A stretch of DNA of 18,846 bases from NCBI GenBank assembly GCA_031416315.1, contig JANOTL010000076.1, positions 1 through 18,846 of the forward strand, read 5' to 3'. Below, in pieces: positions 9,668-16,285 of the stretch (positions are counted from its first letter, which is position 1; each line of letters opens with the position of its first letter). Source of the DNA: Pseudomonadota bacterium (GTDB lineage: Bacteria; Bdellovibrionota_B; Oligoflexia; Oligoflexales; CAIYRB01). The notes beneath the pieces are model-generated. The model searched no databases, was not told where the DNA came from, and saw nothing but the letters and a program-made list of their open reading frames with translations. The position numbers and the translations under genes were made by a program.

Positions 9668-11287
9668 ATGCAGCGCGCAGCTTCCGCTTGGTTCATGGTC
9701 TTCGCCCTCGGGCTGACCGGGTGTGGAGAGCAAGAGCCTCCCCGCCGCGTCGCGAACGCCGAGACCGCGGGTGCGGATGCGACTCAGGCCGCCCCTGAGA
9801 TCAAGCTCGACGACGCGATGACGGCGCGGTTGCGCGCGGAGCTCGCGGCGCGCGATCCGCGGACGTTGACGGCAGACGAGCTCCTGGCTTTGGCCGATTG
9901 CCGCTGCGCTGCGCCCATGCGCGCGAAGTTCATCGATTCGCTCGGCGAAGGCCGCGGCGTCCTGCCGCAGGTGCTCGTCCCGGCGATTCGTCGCGAGATC
10001 CGCGGCGACGAGACCTTGAACGCGCTCATGGCCGTGACCGGTGCCTTCAAGTCGATCGCGGCCTGGATTCTCGGCGCCGTGCTCGACGACCAGGCGCTGG
10101 CGGACAAGATCCGCAGCGGCGTCCTCGACAAGATCAAGAGGGCGCTCGGCAGCACCGCGAGCCTTTTGGACGCCAGGCCGAAGCTGACCTTCGACCTGTT
10201 CATGCCCGAGAATCGAGGCCGCGCCGCAGCGAGCGTCAGCTTCACGGCGCGCGATCAGGCGGCGCGCGCGGCACTTGTCTTCGCGCATCCGGACCTTTGG
10301 GGTGGCGCCTCTGCCGACGCTGCGCTCTTGGAAACGTCGCGCGTCTTGAGCGAGTGGCACTACGTCGTGGGGGAGCGCGACAACGAGACGGAGCACGTCT
10401 CCGGTGGCCTGCTTCTCGACCATGGCGCGACGAATTCCGCGGCATTGAAGGGCTACGAGGCCGGCTCGAGCGCCATGCCCGGCTTGTTCAGCGGCAGTTA
10501 TGCCGTACGCTTCGAGAAAGCCGAGGCCCTGGAGCTGGCGTTGAACGTCCAGGAGCATTGGACACGCGCGCCCGGCTCGACCACCTTGGAAGAGCAAGCC
10601 GCCGTCCTGGATGCGGCGGCGATCGCCTTTTCGCGGCTCAAACCGACGGCCCGCTCCGCGTCAGGGACACTTTTCGCGCCGGTCTCGGGCTTGTTTCCCG
10701 GCAACGCGCACGCACTACCACTCGTCTTCCTCGCCGGGTTCGGCGCGAGCTTCGAGGCAAGCTTCGTCGACTCCGAACGGCGTCTCGTCTTCTCGGCGAC
10801 GGATCGGGCGCAGCCGGCTTCATTGTCCGATCTGGGCCGCCTGCTCGGAGCGCTGACGCGCTGGTACGCCGAGCTCGTCCAAATTGCGCCGGAAGACGTG
10901 CCGGAGGAAGCGGCGGGCTCGCTCGACGGCTCCGCCGCGTCGCTTCAGCGCGCCATGCAGCTCGTCACCTTCGTGATCCTGAGGGATCACGATCTTGCCG
11001 CGGCGAACGTCACGGAGGCAGCGAGAGCGCTTTCGGCCCTGACGCGCGCGGAGGCCGTCGGCTTGAAAAGCGACTTCCTCGTCGAAAAAATCGACGCGCT
11101 GGCGCTCGATTTCGTTACGAACCGGCTCAGGCCGATGTTGAGCGCCGGCGTCAAAGGGGAAAGCGCGTTGGCCGCATTTGCCTCCGCGCATGCGGCGATG
11201 CATGCGCTCTACGAGGTCCGCGGCGCCGCCGCGCCGGTTTGGATGGAGGCCGCGGCTCGCGCGTTGGACGAGGTGCTCGGTGATTGA
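9668..11287 (+). CDS. Large hypothetical lipoprotein, mostly alpha-helical (539 aa)
   Basis: ATG 9668 with AGAGG upstream gives signal peptide MQRAASAWFMVFALGLTG-C; GC3-rich codons. The track's longer start at 9446 would bury the signal peptide. Confidence 0.75.
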   Translation: MQRAASAWFMVFALGLTGCGEQEPPRRVANAETAGADATQAAPEIKLDDAMTARLRAELAARDPRTLTADELLALADCRCAAPMRAKFIDSLGEGRGVLPQVLVPAIRREIRGDETLNALMAVTGAFKSIAAWILGAVLDDQALADKIRSGVLDKIKRALGSTASLLDARPKLTFDLFMPENRGRAAASVSFTARDQAARAALVFAHPDLWGGASADAALLETSRVLSEWHYVVGERDNETEHVSGGLLLDHGATNSAALKGYEAGSSAMPGLFSGSYAVRFEKAEALELALNVQEHWTRAPGSTTLEEQAAVLDAAAIAFSRLKPTARSASGTLFAPVSGLFPGNAHALPLVFLAGFGASFEASFVDSERRLVFSATDRAQPASLSDLGRLLGALTRWYAELVQIAPEDVPEEAAGSLDGSAASLQRAMQLVTFVILRDHDLAAANVTEAARALSALTRAEAVGLKSDFLVEKIDALALDFVTNRLRPMLSAGVKGESALAAFASAHAAMHALYEVRGAAAPVWMEAAARALDEVLGD

Positions 11288-12545
11288 GCGGGCTTGGCTA
11301 CTCCTTTTGATCGTCGGCGGGGGCGCGCAAGCGCGAGCCGAGAATTCGGTCCTGCCGCGCGGAGTCGGCGCCGTGCAGATCGGCAGCCGCGCGTACGGCG
11401 AGATCGGGGAAAACTACGACGCCGGCGGCAACCGCGCCTCGCTCGCCCGTCCGTTCGAGCGCGACCTGACGGGCCGGTCGATCCTATCGGGATCGGGCGG
11501 CGACGACCTGAAAAAGCTCGGCGAGGCGCTGCGGGACTATGACGGCGCCGCGATTGACGACGGCCCGAAGCTCGTCGACGAGCTCGACATGGGAAAGTTG
11601 AGCGGCGACGTGAAGGCCAACGTTCGCGCGACCTACGTCGGCGCGGCCTTCGGCATCGGCCACGAACTGATGCTGCTTTTGGCCGTACCTTGGGTCGAGG
11701 CGAGCTCCGAGGCGCGGCTTTCCCATACGGGCGGCAACAATGCGCTGGCGATCAAGGAGAAGCTCGGCGATCTGGCATTCACCGAGCTGCAGGACGGGCT
11801 CGGCCGCGCCGCGACGTTGAGCGAGCGCGACGTCTACCGCGAGGTGGAGGCGGCGGGCTACGGCTCGATCGAGCGTTGGGAAGGCAAGGGCTTCGGCGAC
11901 CTGCAGCTCGCCGCAAAGACCGCAAAGAGTCGCAGGCTCGCGCACAAGCTGGTCGCAAGCGCCGGCGCCGCGATCAAGCTCTCCGTGCCGACGGGGCGCG
12001 GCGACGATCCGGATGAGCTCGCCGACGTCCCCAACGGCAAGGGCTACGCGGGCCTCGGCGTCGAAGTGACGCCGCGCGTCACGATCGCGCGGCTTGTCTT
12101 TCTCGGATTCGATGCCAGCTACATCCACAACTTCGAGCGCGACGTCGAGCGTCGCGTTCCCGAGGGAGAAGAAACCCTCGTCGCGGCCGACCGCAAGACC
12201 ACGGTCCGCTTGGATCCGGGTGACGACACGGGCGCCGCGGCCGTCGTTGGCGGCGCATACAAGGGATTTTCCGCGACTCTTGTCCACGGCGAGCGGCGGC
12301 ATCGAGGCGATCGCTACGACGGCTCGCTTCCCGGCAACTACGGCGAGCTCGCCGCGAGCAGCGAACAGCGGGAACGTTACGACGAGATTATTTTCGGCTT
12401 CGACACGATCGCCGCCTTTCGACGGCGCGCGTTTCCCGTGCCCTTCATGCTCGGCCTCACGCTCCATCGCACGGCCAGCGGGGAGAACGTCCCCGCGGTG
12501 CAGTACCTGGAGGCGAGCGTGACCGGATTTTTCAGCGCAAATTAG
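11280..12545 (+). CDS. Putative outer-membrane beta-barrel protein (MetA-pathway/SphA-like transporter family; 421 aa)
   Basis: GTG 11280 after GAGG, overlapping the upstream gene by 8 nt; signal peptide ending AQARA; GFGDLQLAAK and LSVPTG..DDPD motifs; amphipathic strands; last strand YLEASVTGFF near the C-terminus. Confidence 0.65.
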   Translation: MIERAWLLLLIVGGGAQARAENSVLPRGVGAVQIGSRAYGEIGENYDAGGNRASLARPFERDLTGRSILSGSGGDDLKKLGEALRDYDGAAIDDGPKLVDELDMGKLSGDVKANVRATYVGAAFGIGHELMLLLAVPWVEASSEARLSHTGGNNALAIKEKLGDLAFTELQDGLGRAATLSERDVYREVEAAGYGSIERWEGKGFGDLQLAAKTAKSRRLAHKLVASAGAAIKLSVPTGRGDDPDELADVPNGKGYAGLGVEVTPRVTIARLVFLGFDASYIHNFERDVERRVPEGEETLVAADRKTTVRLDPGDDTGAAAVVGGAYKGFSATLVHGERRHRGDRYDGSLPGNYGELAASSEQRERYDEIIFGFDTIAAFRRRAFPVPFMLGLTLHRTASGENVPAVQYLEASVTGFFSAN

Positions 12546-13800
12546 AGCGCTTCAGCATGCCGGATAGCAGCATCGAAAGCATGACGAACGCCACGAAGAC
12601 GTAGTAACCGGGTTGCAAGGACGTGCCGTTCGTCGCGATGATGTCGACCCCGGAATCGGGGAAATTGAGGCCTTTGAGCTGAGAGCTGATGACGCCGTTG
12701 AAGCCGATGTAAGCCATGAAGATGGCGACGACCATGACGTCGGCCATCGACCACTTCCCCGAATGGTGCACGAAGAACTTGACGGCGGCGCGCTCTTTGG
12801 CGCCTTTGAAGTCAAAATAATAGGCAACGGTCGAGACCACTTTGAGGAGCGGGAAGATCACGCTGAAGGACACGACCAAGATCGCGACGAGCTTCATCTG
12901 GATCTGGTCGTCGGTCATCATCAGCCAAAAGACGTCCATGATGCTCTTGCTTTGAAAGTAGAGAACCTGATCCTCGAAGAGGATCGGATGCCCGATGAGC
13001 ATGAACTCGAGTTTCGAGATCTTCGCCTCCATATCGATCATCGGCGTCGCAACGCCGGCCGCGAGGAGCGTCACGAGCGCGAGCACGAGGATGACGAAAT
13101 GGGCAGGAGCCCGCGGCTTGGCAAAGGCGAAGAGCAGAAAAAGGGCAATCCCAAGCCCGATCAGCAGCGCGGATTGAATTGCGACCAGGCGTTGCGTCGT
13201 CGCTCGCGATTCGTCAAGTTTGGCGCGAGCCGCCGCGACGTCTTTCATCCCCATCTCTTCGACGATGGCCTTCAGCCGGGAATCATCTTGTGCGTCCGCG
13301 GTCTTGGTGGCGAACTCCGTGACTTGCTTGTTGAGCATCGACTTGATTTGCCGCTTCGTCTTCGGCTTCATCAACTCTCGCATCACCGCGTCGGTGTATT
13401 CGGGGATGCCGGTTTTGACGTCTTTGATGTCGACGAACATGTCGATGAACGCCTGTTTCACCTTGCCGCCGGTGGTCTTTCGATTGGCCTGCTCGATTTT
13501 CGCAGCCGCTTCGTCGATCATTTTGTTCAAGACGATGGCGACGTGCTCTCTCAGCTCGCGCTCCGTCTGATCGGAAACGGAGAGCTTGTCGAGCTCAGCG
13601 GTCACGATGGGCGTCAGGTGCCCCTTCCAGGCGTCGATGCTGAACATTCCGTACTTGATCGAGTTGAGCTCGGCGACGTCGCCTTTGATCTTTTGATTGA
13701 GCCTCGCGTTTGAGATCAGCTGCACGCACAAAACGACGGCGCTCACGAGTAGAATCAGGGCCAAGAGCGAGTAGAAATTCTTCATCATCTTGGTGAACAT
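12532..13800 (-). CDS. pqiA: Paraquat-inducible protein A (PqiA) family membrane protein with extended N-terminal helical domain
   Basis: C-terminal PqiA signature QSKSI...FSVIFPLLK...GKWSMADVMVVAIFMAYIGF...LQPGYYVF. Start uncertain (13800, 13788 or 13785). The 3' end overlaps the convergent gene by 14 nt. Confidence 0.85.
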   Translation of the reverse strand: MFTKMMKNFYSLLALILLVSAVVLCVQLISNARLNQKIKGDVAELNSIKYGMFSIDAWKGHLTPIVTAELDKLSVSDQTERELREHVAIVLNKMIDEAAAKIEQANRKTTGGKVKQAFIDMFVDIKDVKTGIPEYTDAVMRELMKPKTKRQIKSMLNKQVTEFATKTADAQDDSRLKAIVEEMGMKDVAAARAKLDESRATTQRLVAIQSALLIGLGIALFLLFAFAKPRAPAHFVILVLALVTLLAAGVATPMIDMEAKISKLEFMLIGHPILFEDQVLYFQSKSIMDVFWLMMTDDQIQMKLVAILVVSFSVIFPLLKVVSTVAYYFDFKGAKERAAVKFFVHHSGKWSMADVMVVAIFMAYIGFNGVISSQLKGLNFPDSGVDIIATNGTSLQPGYYVFVAFVMLSMLLSGMLKRSNLR

Positions 13801-14195
13801 AATCGCATGATTTTGCTCCCATATTGAGACTATAATGTGGCACCGATCGCATGGGAAGTCATTGCGAATCACCGACTCGCCTTAGGAGCAGGTGCATGTG
13901 ACGACGCGGCGCGTGCTTACGACCTGCCGCCTTCGTCGTCGCGCCGCTCGCCGGTTTCGTCGTCGTCGCCTTGATTGCGGTCGCCGTGCTTTAAAAGTCG
14001 CAGCTGCCCGCCCCGGCAGCGGCGGCGTCCGGCGGGGTCCGACAGGAGCTGATCAGGAGCGACAGTCGAATCCTGCGTCGCGTTCTTTACGATGATGAAG
14101 GCCCAAGGCTGATGGCACGGCCGTCGGCGTGAACGGGTCGCCGACGCTCTTCATCAGCGGTGGCGGCGAACAAACGGTCGTGAAGCGGCAGCGGG

Positions 14196-14657
14196 CTACT
14201 TCTTGACGTTGAGCGTGCCTTTCATGCCGAGCATGTCCGCGTGTCCGGCCATGAGGCAAATATACGGATAGAATCCGGGCTCCGCCGGACTGAACTCGAC
14301 GGTGCCGTCCGCCCCCGGCGGTAGCGCTTTCGTCATCGCCAGAACCGATTTGTGGGAGCGCAGCTTTTCGATGTCGTAGCTGTTCGCCTGGAGCTCTTTA
14401 ATGACCTCGTCCAAGGAGCCCGGCTTCAGAATGGCGACGTTATGAAGGATCTCGGAGCCTTTTTCAGCTTCGTTGATGAACTTGATCGCGACTCTTTTAC
14501 CAAACGGCACTTGGATAGCGGTTTGATCGAAGGCGATGTCATTACCTTTGGTGCTGAGGCGAACGGCGATCGGCGCCCCGCCGCTCGCCCCGGCGGCGAA
14601 AGTCGGCGAAGCGCTCAGAAGCGTCGCCAGGATCAAGGTCGAGAAAACTGCGCGCAT
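14196..14657 (-). CDS. Azurin/auracyanin-like blue copper protein (153 aa)
   Basis: SD AAGGA then ATG 14657; Sec signal ending PTFA; type-1 Cu ligands in HNVAIL and YPYICLMAGHADMLGMKGTL; azurin-like helical flap between them. Confidence 0.9.
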   Translation of the reverse strand: MRAVFSTLILATLLSASPTFAAGASGGAPIAVRLSTKGNDIAFDQTAIQVPFGKRVAIKFINEAEKGSEILHNVAILKPGSLDEVIKELQANSYDIEKLRSHKSVLAMTKALPPGADGTVEFSPAEPGFYPYICLMAGHADMLGMKGTLNVKK

Positions 14658-14678
14658 TTGTCGTCCTTTCCGCATGTT

Positions 14679-14996
14679 CTACTTGACCACCACTTTCAGC
14701 TTCATCTTGGGATGAATGGCGCAGCGCACCTCGAACGCGCCGGCCTTGTCGAACTTTTGGGACGACTCGGCGCCTTGCTTCTGGATGCCGAGGTTGAACT
14801 TCGCGCCCTCAGTCGAGGAGAAGACGTTGTGCGAGGTGTCGTCCTCATTCTTGAAGAGCACGGTGTCGCCGACAGCCAGCGTGATCTCCTCGGCGGTGAA
14901 TTGTTTCGCCTTCTGAGAAACGATATGTTCCTTCGCGAAGGCGCTGCCCGCGGGCAAAAGGCCAAGCCCGAAGGCGACGATCTGAGTCATTCTCAT
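14679..14996 (-). CDS. Amicyanin/plastocyanin-like cupredoxin (105 aa)
   Basis: SD AAGGAG then ATG 14996; signal ending SAFA; VGDTVLFKNED..HNV and short ligand loop C-A-I-H-P-K-M (CxxHPxM, amicyanin-type). Confidence 0.9.
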   Translation of the reverse strand: MRMTQIVAFGLGLLPAGSAFAKEHIVSQKAKQFTAEEITLAVGDTVLFKNEDDTSHNVFSSTEGAKFNLGIQKQGAESSQKFDKAGAFEVRCAIHPKMKLKVVVK

Positions 14997-15013
14997 GGGG
15001 AAGCTCCTTTGCA

Positions 15014-16039
15014 TTATCGCGGTAGCATTGGGATGACGACGGGCTTGTCGCGGCTCGTGAGCGTCCGGAGAAACGCCACCAGGTCCGCTTTCTCTTCGCC
15101 GCTCAGGCCTAAAGGTTTCACGTGCTCGGAAACGGTGGGTCGCCGCTGCTTGCCGCCTTTGTCGTAGAAGTCGACGACTTCCTCGAGCGTTTTCTCCGAG
15201 CCGTCGTGCATGTAAGGCGCGCGGTGGTCGACGTTGCGCAGAGTCGGCGTCTTGAACGCGCCCTGAAGCACCTCGAAGTCGGGCATAATCTTGCCCCGTC
15301 CGATGTCGTCGCCCGCGACGCCGATGTCGTGGAAGCTGTCGTCGGTAAACCGCCAACCGCTATGACACTGTGAGCATAGCGCCTTCTCGTTGAAGAGCAC
15401 GAAGCCGCGCTTTGCGTTTTCGGTGACGGCCTTGGCATCACCCTTCACCCAACGGTCGAAAGGCGCCTCGCCCGAGACCACGGTGCGCTCGAAGGTCGCG
15501 ATCGCCTTGGCGATGGTCGACTTGTTGATGCCCTCGCCCGGGTAAGCCTTGTCGAAGAGCGGCTTGTACGACGACATACCCTCAAGCTTGCCGATCATCT
15601 GATCGAGCGGCAGATTCATCTCGCCTTCGGCCTCGACGGGCCCGAGCGCCTGCGCCTCCAACGAGTCGGCCCGGCCGTCCCACATCATCAGCTCGCCCCA
15701 AGCGAGATTGAGAATCGTAGGCGTGCGCCGGCCAAGCACCTTCATTCCGTGGCCGAGTCCTTTGGGAAGGCCGTCGCCCCACGAGAGGGCCGGATTGTGA
15801 CAGGTCGCGCACGAGATCCAGTCGGAGCCGGAGAGCCGCGGATCGAAAAAGAGCGTACGACCGAGGTCCTCGCGCGCTTGGGAATGGAGGTTGTCCTTCG
15901 GGAAAGGGATGTCCTTCGGCCGCTTGTAAGAGCTCAGATAGGCTTTCGGCTCGGCCGCGAAGGCGGCGGGCTCTGATGCCTCGAGGGCGAAGGACACGGC
16001 AATTAGTAGCACACCAATCCTGGCTACTCCGCTGACCAC
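15014..16039 (-). CDS. Periplasmic diheme cytochrome c peroxidase/MauG superfamily protein, MauG-type (Tyr-ligated)
   Basis: LGRTLFFDPRLS, CATCH (15797-15811), WDGRA..LEAQALGP..EM, CSQCH (15362-15376), FKTPTLRNV..APYMHDG, LVAFLRTLT. GTG start at 16039 after GGAGG gives a signal peptide ending AAFA. Confidence 0.92.
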   Translation of the reverse strand: MVSGVARIGVLLIAVSFALEASEPAAFAAEPKAYLSSYKRPKDIPFPKDNLHSQAREDLGRTLFFDPRLSGSDWISCATCHNPALSWGDGLPKGLGHGMKVLGRRTPTILNLAWGELMMWDGRADSLEAQALGPVEAEGEMNLPLDQMIGKLEGMSSYKPLFDKAYPGEGINKSTIAKAIATFERTVVSGEAPFDRWVKGDAKAVTENAKRGFVLFNEKALCSQCHSGWRFTDDSFHDIGVAGDDIGRGKIMPDFEVLQGAFKTPTLRNVDHRAPYMHDGSEKTLEEVVDFYDKGGKQRRPTVSEHVKPLGLSGEEKADLVAFLRTLTSRDKPVVIPMLPR

Positions 16040-16285
16040 ACTGCCTCCAACAAAGCGAAAGGAAACCAATCGAGCGCGTCAGCGCGCATGTCTCGCGAGG
16101 TCTATCGTCTGCATTTCCGGGGATTCATACTGATAGGATACTATAGACAGCAAGTCGCAGTAAAACGCCGGTATCCTCGACAAATTCGGGCGGCGAAGCC
16201 GCCTAGCGCCGCAAAGCTTTCACGGCTTCTACGGCATTTTTTGGCTACAAAGCAGACGCCGTTCGGGCGTCGCATAAGGAGCGCC

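Noticed and set aside
9578..13713. Long alternative-frame and antisense ORFs (for example 9578..10597, 9898..11283, 11484..12467, 12613..13713)
   Set aside because: Arg/Gly/Pro-rich shadow ORFs expected in high-GC coding DNA; they overlap better-supported genes.
14997..15356. N-terminal extension of the cupredoxin ORF (14679..15356)
   Set aside because: It overlaps the diheme gene out of frame; the ATG at 14996 has a strong AAGGAG SD and yields a proper signal peptide.
15014..16039. Calling this mauG of a methylamine utilisation cluster
   Set aside because: No methylamine dehydrogenase subunits or mauDE are in the window; only superfamily membership and Tyr ligation are supported.
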